From contig CM082578.2 of the NCBI GenBank assembly GCA_040954595.2, positions 16,352,998-16,416,997 of the forward strand: a stretch of 64,000 nucleotides of DNA, given 5' to 3'. Positions 1 to 11,329 of the stretch are shown in pieces. The stretch comes from Balanoglossus misakiensis. Its lineage: Eukaryota; Animalia; Hemichordata. The notes beneath the pieces are model-generated. The model did not search any database. It had not been told where the DNA came from and saw nothing but the letters and a program-made list of their open reading frames with translations. Positions within the stretch are counted from its first letter, which is position 1; every line of letters begins with the position of its first letter. The position numbers and the translations under genes were made by a program.

Positions 1-1965
1 TCAGCATTACACAATCTGTTACATGCGTGGTACCATATAGGCCCTAAATGTCGCCGTAGTAATCTGTTTTGTGCGTAGTTTAGGGGCACAAGTTGGCAGC
101 GACGTTTTCAACATTAAGGCAAAAGTATATATTTTTAGACCAAAGAAAAAATAGTCAGCTTCATGACTGACAGTGCCAGTGGCCAAGGCGTCGTAGTGCC
201 CGTCGCCAGGGTGATTTGATGTCAGACGTTCAGTCAGTCTGAAATCGCCAAGAGGTTGCCACTCTTCAAACATAATGTTACTGTAGTCATGCACATACAT
301 GTACATGTACTATATGCTACCAGTATAGTTTATTGTAGTAGCAGTTTTTATATAATCCGATAAGTCTAGTTTTGGTTTCGATATGTGCAGTGGTACAGCG
401 TATAGGCTACCCCATCATGCACTGCTGGCGTGAATGTATTGCTCAATGTCGCCTAGCTTAAAGTATTACTATATGTGAATATTTCCAAACTTTCCGGACA
501 CTGAGAAGATTGAAAGTATAGGGGCAACTGCATTGAGTTGCGTACACTGTCACTGTATTAATACACTATGGCCGTAAAATTAAGTGATATTACCTAAGTA
601 AATTGGTGTCAAAGTGAAACCTTAATGGGGCTTGTGTATGACAACCGAATTCTGTGAAGTTCAGACGTGTCAAAAATACGATCAATATCATTAGAGGGTT
701 ATAAGTAGCCATTGTTAACGCGAGTTAAACAATCCGCAATCGCATGGCGATGTATAGACAGCATTAGGTAAGTTTCTTCGATGTCTCCATAGAAGGCCAT
801 ATAAATTACCAATCATATTCAAAGTTTTTTGTGTATGGTGCTTGATTGATGCTTGCGTTATCGTCGAAGATGACGACATGACCTCGAAAGTTGCAAGAGT
901 TTAGTTACGCGAAGGTTAGGGTAGACCCTTTTTGCCAGGTGGCCGTATAATACGCGAAGTTCATCAGACCATCCGACGGAACCGGTACTTCTTGAGACAA
1001 TATCGTACTGATATAATTATACAAGGTAAAAGCTTCTTTGTAACAGCCTGAGTCCCATCGATGACGTGGAACGGGTCTCATTGTGACGTGAATTCTTCTT
1101 GAGCGTAAGTTTAAGGGAAAACACTTGACAAGCGATACTTTTGTAGACGTGAAGCTTTGCATGATGAGGCAGTTATGAGGTCGGAGAATATTAGTGTACA
1201 GTCACAATGATGTGGTATATATCATAAAGTTCTTTGTGTGTACGTGTGTTGAAAGCTGAAGAACAGCAACTCAATCGACTGTGGGGGCGCCCTTTATTAA
1301 CAAAATGGCGGGTCGTGTGCCATATATATTATAGGTCTACGCAGTTCACATTGCAGTTGTAAATAGACTTCGCAAATTGATCTTAAGTTATTAATAATAC
1401 CCTAAAACGTGTTCGGAAGATCTATGGATTAATTTACAATACATCAGTTCCGGTTTGCCTTGAAAAAGCGCCTTGTACTTCTGAAAGTGCAAAGGTCAGT
1501 ATATGTATATGAACCTAGTACATTCATGATGTGTACACAATGTGAATTTCACAAATTTTAGTCCCAAAAGTGTAAACACCACATTGGAAAATGCCCGAAA
1601 GGCTAGCTACTCGATGGTTAGTTCACAGTCGTCCCTCTGTTGGTTCAACCATGGGCATGCTTCAACCATGAACATTTGTGGCACCTCCTCCATAGCTCAA
1701 CATATAGTATAACTGGAGGTGTAGCCTCCTAGTATTTCCTACCTTCATGGTAACGACTTAGTTCCTGTGAATCTGTAAGAGACAGAGACAGATGAGATGT
1801 GTTACTGGTTAAGGATACTGTTTGCAAAAACAAATGATGAATTAAATCCTGTTTTTATATATTACAGGATCCAACAATAACATGAGAACAATAAAAACCA
1901 CCAAAACTGGTTTCTCATTGTATAAGTGTTCTCAGTATATTGCCACTTGGACATTTTAACGTTAA

Positions 1966-2049
1966 CCCTTTCACCCCTAGTTTCCTCTATAAAGGTCCAG
2001 ATTTACTACAGAAAACAATGATTTGGAATACACCATGTTGGTGAAAGGG
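1966..2049. mobile_element. piggyBac-like mini-MITE (84 bp) upstream of the first TBK1 coding exon
   Basis: TTAA|CCCTTTCACC ... GGTGAAAGGG|TTAA: 10-bp terminal inverted repeat starting CCC, flanked by TTAA on both sides. A related copy lies at 31253-31337. Confidence 0.75.
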
Positions 2050-2141
2050 TTAAAGCATACAATCTCAAACTGAGTGAGATATTGACTGACAGAACTACAA
2101 ACATGTTTTTCATATCCTTTTTATTCTCTTGCTTCACAGTT

Positions 2142-5100
2142 ATGACAAGTGCAAATACAACTCTGAGAAGTAGCAAGCAGTACATCTGGAACGTCAGTGA
2201 TGTCTTGGGAACTGGAGCTACAGGCGCTGTGTACAAAGGCAGGAACAAGGTATAGACTGGTTTTTGTGAAATTTAGAAATATGACAAACTGAAGTAGTGG
2301 AGATGACTGTGTTGTGCTGGAAGGGATGGTTTGGACTTCTATAGTCTGCTCATAGAATCAGTCTCAGTGAGAGAGACATGAAATGAAATGGGAAGTGGAG
2401 GAATTTTGCTCTTTAAAGATTTCTGTATCATAGAAGTTAATAGTAAGTTGTTACGTTTTTCTGACCGATGCAGTCACCAACATTTCTAGTTTGCCAATGA
2501 GGAAGTCAGTCATTGGTGAAACATAGGAAAAATCTATTGTATGATGATTACATCAGCATTACAGAGGCATCAGAACTTTTAACTTCCATGGTTGTTTCTA
2601 TTTGTTGTCTTGAACAGAAAACTGGAGATGTAGTGGCTGTGAAGACCTTTAATCACATCAGCTTCATGCGACCCTACGAAGTCCAGATGAGGGAGTTCGA
2701 AGTGCTGCTCAAACTCAACCACAAAAATATCGTCAAGCTTCATGACATCGAAGAAGAGGTATGAATCAAGCGTCTGGTTTGTGAAACACTTCTGGTGTAA
2801 TTAGAAGCGGAATAGGTTGTTTACACTAGCTGACAAAGTGAGAGTTTGAACCACACTGGGGCCTGTTGTAAAGGGAGCATGAAGCGCCCTCAATGGTCAT
2901 GCTTGGTACATTGAGGTTCTGTCTGTGTATCTTTAGTGAGTTTTATACCTATTTTGAAAACCACATGGGATTTTTGTACTCCAGGCAATTGACAGACGGG
3001 TGCACCCTTGAATATAAACCATAGCTCCCGACAATTATCTGACATGAACTTTTATTTGTGATTTTATTGTAAGGTCGCATTTACAAACAACTGCTTTTTT
3101 ATCATGCCATGCAGGGATCCAGCCGACAAAATGTCATCGTCATGGAACTGTGTACGGGAAGTTTGTATACTATGTTAGATGAACCAGAAAATGCCTATGG
3201 TTTGTCTGAAATAGAATTCAAACAAGTCCTTAAAGATGTGGGTAAGTTACTGATTGCTCAAAGAGTAACTGTTACTCTGAGTGAAATTTGACCATAAACT
3301 GGCAACTAAAGAGTGTGAAGATGTTGGTTGAGTGAAACATCAAGTTGAATACAAATGTTCAAAATTTTAAGGGACCCTTTAAGAGTTACATGGAAAAGCC
3401 TCTCAGTGTTCATTGAAAACTGCTTAGGCTGCATTCACAAACACCTCTGGAGGGGGGGGCGGGAGAATTCAAATTTTTTTACCGCTAATTTTCACATGCC
3501 CCCCTTCCGAACTGCCAATATTTTCAAATCCCCCCCTTCCGAACTGCCAAAATTTTGAAATCCCCCCCCCCCATTTTCTTTCACTGAGCAAAACACATCA
3601 CCTATCTATCTTGTAAAAAGAAAAACAGCGCTCCCATGAAAAGAATTTGAAACTGATGTTTTCCCTCATCAGTGGGTATTAAAACTGAACATTGTTTTTA
3701 TTTTTTAAGTACATATATTTGTATTCTGTGTTGGGAGACATTGTAAACCGAGAATTGAAGGGGGTGGGTTTGGGAGGGGGTGTCCCCCTCCCACGTAAGA
3801 AAATTTTCTAAAATACAGAGCTCAAAGCTGCATTTTAATGAACCCGGCAAAAGCAAATTAACTCAACTACCGGTATGTTGGGGAGGACAAATTTAACCGT
3901 CGCTGCTCAAAGTTATCATGGGGTGGGGGCAAGTCCCCTGACCTGGGATACTAGATAAACCAGTCAATGATTGAAAGGTGTTGATGAATGGAGGGGGTGG
4001 GTGTGGGAGGGGGTGTCCCCCTCCCACATTAGAAAATTTTGTAAAATAAAGGGCGCGAAACTGCATTTTTGTGGACTCAAAATAAATATTTAGTCGTTAA
4101 AGTTTTCAAGTCCCCCCCTTTCAGTCCCTAAATTATTTCAAATCCCCCCCCTTACATACCCTCAATTTTTTCAAATCCCCCCCCTCAATTCTCCCGCCCC
4201 CCCCTCCAGAGGTGTTTGTGAATGCAGCCTTAGTCATTCATCCTTCCTCTTTAAACAGCTGCTGGAATGAACCATCTGAAGGACAAGAACATCGTGCACA
4301 GAGACTTGAAGCCTGGCAATATCATGAGGGTTCGAGGCGATGAGGGCCAGTCCATCTACAAATTGGCTGATTTTGGAGCAGCACGTGAACTGGACGACAA
4401 CCAACAGTTCATGTCCCTCTATGGCACTGAGGAATATCTGGCAAGTATTTGTGTTTGCTCTCTTTGATTCCAACAAGCCCACAGAAATTGTGATGCATGC
4501 TTTGCTGAGGGGGGGGGGAGGGTACATTCATGAGAGTTGTTTGAATGCTAGTTGCCTGAAGAATGCTTAATCGCTCATGTACCATAATTGATGAGTTTTG
4601 TAGGCGTCAGCACTTTTAAGGGGTCATCATAATTGACTGAGATGCGTGCAGATCTTTATAATAGCTAGATCATGACATCAGAGTAATAAATTATTGGTCA
4701 CAATCAGGCAACCTCAATGATAAAGTGCTACAAATAGTTCCGTGTGTGTTTGGAGAGTATGCTTGATGTACCCTGGAAATGATCACCTGACATGGTTTTC
4801 TTGTTAAGATTGCCTGTTTGTGTGAGTCATCATTCACAGAACGCCAAAGTTAACCCACATATTGTTTGACACCAAAATACTCAAATAATCAAAGTTTTCT
4901 TTCTGTTTCATAATGTTAACATGGTACATGTATCTTGACAGGGAAAAACTTAGAAAAAAGAAATCTGAGAAAAAGTGCATCTAAAATTTAGAGACATGGC
5001 ATATTGTCCGGTTCTTTGAGTGCCATCGTTTGTCAAATATCATGTGATATAAATTTTCAGTGGTGCCAGAGTCGAATCCTAATGTCAGATCAGTGAATGA

Positions 5101-8100
5101 ACTGTGGTTGCATTTTCTTCCGAGGCGCAACAAGTTGAAGTAGAAATAAATTTCACTCACCCGATGGATTTGGCGTTGTCCTGAAATTTTAACTTTTTGC
5201 AGAGAGCTGTCCAGTCGCACAGCATGTCACGAGCAGTTTGTACGACTAAACTGTGATGTTTTGGATGTTTGCCAAAATTGTGTGACGTTTAATTCACATG
5301 CAAATTATCTGTATGCAAATGAGCCTCTTTGGGGGACTGGGGATTCCCCTTGTTCTCTGTCATGAATAAAATTTGCCATATATGGTCTCAACAGGTACTC
5401 CACCCACACTATACAAAATTTGACATTCATGATGAAGGCACGTGGTGGTTCATATGACATCGCTTGTATGATTAGAAAAGTGTTCATACATACAGTCAGA
5501 ATACCAGCTATTTCCAGGAAGTAAATGAAGCCCATAGTCTGATTATGCTTGGATTGCGCCACTTGTGCAACCTACATATCTACATTAGGTCAAGAGTGAA
5601 TTCTTTTTTGGCCATGTTTGCCATGAATACTTCCATCTGATATCTACCAACTTGTTACCCCTTACATGAATGTACATGTCAAAACCAAGCCACACAACTT
5701 TAAGTGCAGAGAAGTTTTCTCGCTAGATATTTGATGTCACTTCTCAACATCTCTGTTACAAATTACTGAATAAATTGTTAAATTCTTCTAACTCTCATCC
5801 AGGTTAGTGGTAGTTTCAGGGAGGCAATTTCCCAATCACATGCCCTGTGTTTCATTTATTTATGGAGACATAGAATTAACATTTAAAAAGTCAATGCTTA
5901 GATTGTGCCAGAAAGCAGGTCTGTGTAATCCAGTTGTTAGTCAGTCATAATGCACGTGACATACAAATGTTAAAAATAGCTAGTTGTAAATTGTCTTTTC
6001 TGTCAGATAAATATGACAGTAAAGATGTACTCACCAGAAAATGATGCTAATGATGATCTTGACATTTGTCCATCGTGTGTGAAAAAAATATCACCAGTAA
6101 CATCAGAGCTTCGCATCATCAAGTCATTAAGACAGACAGACAGACTGACAGAGAAACTGGGTTACAATGCCACTTGTTCACAACAGAGTCAGACAGCCAG
6201 TCACCCAATCTGGCTACTGCGGGTACCTCCAACCCAACCACTCACATCTCTGCGTTCATAGAAATCACATTTGTTCTTTGTATTGATAGGCTAGATGAGA
6301 AGGCGTGTCTAATGATTGTCTGTATTGTGTCAGATATGCATGTCTACGTGCTGTGGTGTGACCCACATGTACTAGTCTATAAATAGATATGAGTGATTGT
6401 TTTTCATTCACTTTTCACAAAAAAGCAGGATGTTTATTTTTTCCCATTTTCAAGCAATGCAGAAAGATTTACTCTTTTCTAGAATGACTCATCTTGCCTC
6501 AAAAACAACAGCAAAGAAAAAAAAAATTTGCTTATTCATCCCCCTCCAATTCTGGCCTTCACAAAAACGGGACTGGTTAAAAAGTCAAAAGATTGTGAAT
6601 TAAGGCAAACTTGTAAAAGACAGTTTTTGCTTTAATATTCCCTTTTGTGTGAATTACCGCTAATAAAAAAAAATAGTCTGAATTATTTGAAATATTTGGG
6701 TCTGCCAATACATGTACAGGAGCAATAAATTATAAAGTTGTGGCATTTGGAAATCTGACCTGTCAGGATTGAACTCTCTCTGAACTTTTCTGTCTGCAGC
6801 TATTTGTAATAGCAAATTTCGTCAAACAAAAATATTCACCTGAATCGTGAATCATTTCCACAGAAAAAGGCTGACCAGACTTTGTAATTTATTGTTAGAG
6901 AAAATTGTCATTTGTCCGATCTACTCAGATGACCATGTACCTGTTTGACCCTTGTTTTCTCGGTAGTGACTGACTGTGTGGGTTGGTGTTTGCATTTAGC
7001 AGTCATACGATGTTTGCCTGTTAAATGTGTGGGCGATTGTTTTTATGAGTAAGAAAAAAAAACATCCACAGAAAGAAACTTATGTGCAATCATTTAAAAC
7101 ATTTCAGAGCTTTTCGTATTTCATTTTTTGTCACAGACATGACAGGTGTATAACGGGTGCGTGAATGCTTTAAACTCTTATAATAGACCTTTCAACGTAC
7201 ATACAGATTTTTGGCATGGATCAACTTCCCATCTCACTGAATTTTTTCCCCTCCGTTTTCTTCCTTAGCACCCTGACCTGTACGAAAGAGCTGTGCTGCG
7301 CAAACCAATGGGCAAAACCTTTTCGGCATCTGTTGATTTGTGGAGCATAGGGGTGACGTTATTCCACGTAGCAGCGGGCCATTTGCCCTTCAGACCATTT
7401 GGCGGAAGGAGAAATAGAGAGACAATGTAAGTGACAAAAAACTTGTATATCAAATTAAATTATATCCAGTCATCACTTGCAAAATGTTATATACAATAAT
7501 GAAAGGTGACTTTTTGATTTGGGTTGATGAAGTCCAGATTTCCAGGGAGGTGTAGTATTAGTAATTCAGAAATAGAACTAGAAAAAACTTTTCTAAACAT
7601 CCGGTATTCTGTGTTCAGGTATTACATCACCACTCAGAAGGCCTCTGGTGTCATATCTGGGGTACAGAAACGTGATGACGGTGACATAGAATGGAGTAGA
7701 GAACTTCCGAAAACATCTCAGCTGTCTCAAGGTCTGAAGGATTTGGTGACGCCAGTGCTAGCCGGTCTGATGGAGTGTGATCAGGACAGAATGTGGACAT
7801 TTGAGCAATTCATCAGTGAGACAGACAGGATATTGTCTATGAAGGTGATTGATGTCTTCAACGTGACCACGGCCAAACTACACAAGATCTACATAGAACC
7901 GAATCAAACGTAAGTCATACAATCGCCTGCATGGGGGAGTGGGTGGTTGTATGGGTGAGTGAGTGAGTGAGTGAGTGAAAAGAAATAAAGAAAGCAAGGC
8001 TGTTTTTTTGTCCTGTCTTGTTCTGATAAAACACATTCCCACTGTTTGAGCATAACATGATGTCCTCACATACCTTTTAATACAACTCTAGGTATGCGGA

Positions 8101-11100
8101 ATATCAAGACCTGATTGCCGCACAGACAGAGACCAGCGCCGGAAGCCAAGAGTTGTACTTTGATTACGAAAGCTTCTGCCCAGATCCGCTCGACAGATGC
8201 ATCCCGTACCCAAACACCACTGAGGAAAATCCTATGTTTATGTTCCGAAGAGACGTTTCTGAATTTCCGAATGCAATGCCACCCCCGATCCGTAAGTATT
8301 TTAAAATTAGCAGATCCAGAATCTGGGTCAGTCTGTAATACTTCGTAGATGATTGTTTCGCTCATGGCAAGATTTTGTAAGACTTGGTTAACTACCGTAG
8401 CAATGTGTTGATAGCCAAGTAATACAATCAAGCCTTGTATGAAAGTAGAATAGGTGTTGTGCATTGATTAATAGCCATGTTTACAGTAGGTAATTTTTGT
8501 CTGGTTTGTATTTTTTTTACAGCGAAAATACCAAAAGTGACGACAAGTTATTCCCTAGAAAGTGATGCCCCACTAGCAAAGGTGAGATTATAATAAATGT
8601 ACATCTTCTTTTACATGTATATATGTGTGCGTGCATGTGGTGTGTGTGTAATCAAATGACACAGCTTGGAGGTATTGTGGCAACAGAGACTGAATCTCTC
8701 TCATGTTTCTCGCAGATGACAGCAGCTGTGATGTTCTACGTTCAGAGAACCATGCTCTATGTGATGCTGCTTCAGAACTTGATGAAGAAATCCAGAAACA
8801 TTTACCAGTAAGTTATCGAGTTTGCTCTTCTCGTGTATTATTAAAAAGTGCATGAGGGGCACCCACTTTCTGGGTAAAGGGTGATGCAGTGCGAGTTCAA
8901 GTGTCTTTCTCAACCAGGCTAACATTGCAGGACAATTTTTTACCTTTGAAGGACGATTGTGAAACAGGAGTTGGCCTCAGTCCGCTTTTTCCACATGGAA
9001 CTGAAAACAGTGGTGAACAAGGTAACTAGTTCAATGGAGCAAATGCGTGACATGACAACCAACAAGTCCCTGGAGGTGATGTGCAAGTGTGTGGGAAAAG
9101 AAGGCAAGGATATCGAGAGAGAACTGGGACAGTCCAAAGATGATGTCATCAAGGAGTTGGTGAACTCAGTAGAAATGTCACAGAAGTTCGACGACGTACA
9201 GAATGACATAGACGGGCTCTACTGTGAGATCATCACAGATGACAAGCTGTCATCTTCTGCGGCGGATCTGTTGGTTGTTGGGTGTCAATCAAAGGATAGA
9301 TGGTAAGACTTCGTGTGTTCATTCATTCAGTCTGTGACATCAATCGCTGAGGATGTGAAACCCCTGCATCTGTTCAATGTGTAGTGTGCTGTAGTTGTTA
9401 TCAAGGAAAATATGCAGTTCAGGTTCATTACTGATATGTGGGTATCATCTTGATATTTGTCTCTTGGTTTCAGCCTTTCCAAGCTTGATGTTCTCGTGGA
9501 TACGGTGTCAGTGACGGCCGCCCAATTCAAAAAGGACAAAGCACTGAAGAGGTTGTCTTACAACGACGAGCAGATACACAAATTTGAAAAGTGAGTCGTA
9601 CATTACAAAGTACAAAGTTAGAAATTTACACATGAACACAACGAGTGCACAACAACATGTAAAGTCATTGGTATGACATACATGTATTTATTTTTGAACA
9701 AAAGGCACTGGGGCAGTCATCCAAGTTTCACTGTAATATAAATCTTGTGCACAGTTAAATGGACAACACAGCAACTGAAAAAAATGGAGATTTGAAACTT
9801 CGTTCTTTGTTCAACTGCAGCTCACCTATGCATATTTCTCCTCAGATGCAACGAAAAGTGAAACTGTAGCCAATCACACCACCACACAGTCCTCAGGGGA
9901 CTTAACAAATAAGAGGTGATTGCATCCCTTTAAATATTTCTGTCTTCAACTTTTTCAGACAGAAGATGAACACCAACTGTGTGCGTGGAGTGTCTCTCTA
10001 TCAAGATCACTGTGAACCCAACCTGAGAAATGTCCATAGACACATGTCAACATGGTTCAAGTAAGTTGCTGTCAGATTTGTCCAGAGAACATTAGCTGCA
10101 GTAAAGTATATTTCAAATGGACATGCATACAGGTGTCATGGTGTCATTCCCATTGATTGATGGCTGCATGTACCATATACAAATGTTGTATAAACCCTGC
10201 TTTGATTATTTTTGCCAGGGATGCTAAGAAATACCGCACAAGAATGACCCAGATTGATGGGGAGATATCTGCTCTGAATGAACAGTATGAAGTCTTTGAA
10301 GAACAGAATCTGAAAGAAGTAAGCATTTGATGAATTATCCAACAGATTTGTGTGTACCAATGGTATAAGCTATAAGTCCTCTTTTTCGGCTTTACTGGCT
10401 CATTCTTTTGACAGACAGGTCAGGTGAAATCAATGGTTGAATTTTGCATTTACATGAGTAGTCTTTAAGTAGCTTTAGACAATGTCAGCAGTACATGTAT
10501 TCTTAGAAAATCCTTCAATATGCCAGATGTGGTTTAAGAAAACTGTAAAAGCAATGGTTTTTTGATTAATTGCATTTGTGTCTTAATTCTCTCAGATTGT
10601 AAGCAGGACAAAGCAAAAGATCAACAAAATTTCTGATGATTTGGAAAGACTTTTGAAACTACAAACTGAAAAACAGTCAGTGAGTTCAGCTGGAGGTTTG
10701 GGCATGATTATTGGGACAGTCGGAACTGTGGGTGCAGTGAATGGAACAACTGGAGCTGTGGCTATGATGAATGGGCATGATACTGGCTTACCCAAATCAC
10801 CAAACCAAGTACTGGTACCCAAAGTACTCAAAGAAGAGTAAGTACGGAGTGAACATTTTGGCCCCACCTGTTGAAGACACACAAGTGGGCCAATGTCATA
10901 ACTCTGTCCGTCCACCTGTGTCTGTCCGTCGAATTTTGAATGGAAATCTATCTCTTTTTCAACTTTTGATGTGTTGCTTACAACATTTTTGGGTTTTGCA
11001 AGTCCCAGAAAGTCATGAAAATTGTGGAACTTTGTTGTGTTCTCAGGATGAAGATGTGGAAAACCCAAATGGTGAATATGAACAGAGACATCGAACAGAA

Positions 11101-11188
11101 CAGCGACCTGATCAAGCTGTACAAGAACATCCTGGACGAAAAGGGGAAAGGCGCAGACAAAGACTTCGACTTCGACGAAGTGAAATAA
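2142..11188 (+). CDS. TBK1: TBK1/IKK-epsilon family serine/threonine kinase (~803 aa, 15 coding exons)
   Basis: Frame-consistent exons: 2142-2249, 2618-2758, 3115-3241, 4259-4440, 7269-7426, 7619-7909, 8092-8291, 8523-8581, 8716-8807, 8952-9302, 9474-9590, 9959-10060, 10219-10318, 10596-10837, 11047-11188. Motifs [63 protein letters not shown] and [22 protein letters not shown] match TBK1/IKKe. Probably the single invertebrate co-ortholog of TBK1 and IKBKE. Confidence 0.93.
3427..4229. mobile_element. PIF/Harbinger-like non-autonomous MITE (~800 bp) in TBK1 intron 3
   Basis: ~43-bp terminal inverted repeats (GGCTGCATTCACAAACACCTCTGGAGGGGGGGGCGGGAGAATT and its reverse complement ending at 4229). 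TTA flanks both ends (3424-3426, 4230-4232). Two internal GGGAGGGGGTGTCCCC(C)TCCCAC repeats. No transposase ORF. Confidence 0.85.
4441..7268 (+). other. GC-AG intron in TBK1-like gene
   Basis: The conserved peptide GTEEYL|HPD needs a phase-0 join of 4440 to 7269. The donor reads CTG|GCAAGT and the acceptor TTCCTTAG. Confidence 0.85.
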
Positions 11189-11237
11189 CCCGGGTGCCCC
11201 AGTGTCAAGAATGAAGTCAAATCTCTGATTCTGGAGG

Positions 11238-11329
11238 TGCTGGGTGCCATGGAGGCATTTGACAATGATGGTATTATCAGCCTTGTTTTTGATAATACCG
11301 TCATTGTCCAAATCCTGCATGACCCTGCA
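11238..11329 (+). other. Long RNA hairpin downstream of the TBK1-like stop codon
   Basis: Core stem 11261-11279 GACAATGATGGTATTATCA pairs with 11290-11308 TGATAATACCGTCATTGTC (19 bp, one U-G pair) around a 10-nt loop. Outer helices: ATTT/AAAT, AGG/CCT, CATG/CATG, GGGT/ACCC, TGC/GCA. Confidence 0.75.

Noticed and set aside
720-1030. Possible non-coding first exon(s) of TBK1 (donor-like AG|GTAAGT at 768 and AAG|GTAAAA at 1026, CpG-rich)
   Set aside because: Plausible, but the candidates cannot be told apart without transcript data.
11238-11329. SECIS element / selenocysteine recoding of the TBK1 stop
   Set aside because: The stop is TAA, not TGA. The ATGA in the stem is Watson-Crick paired rather than forming a GA quartet, and the loop lacks the AA motif.
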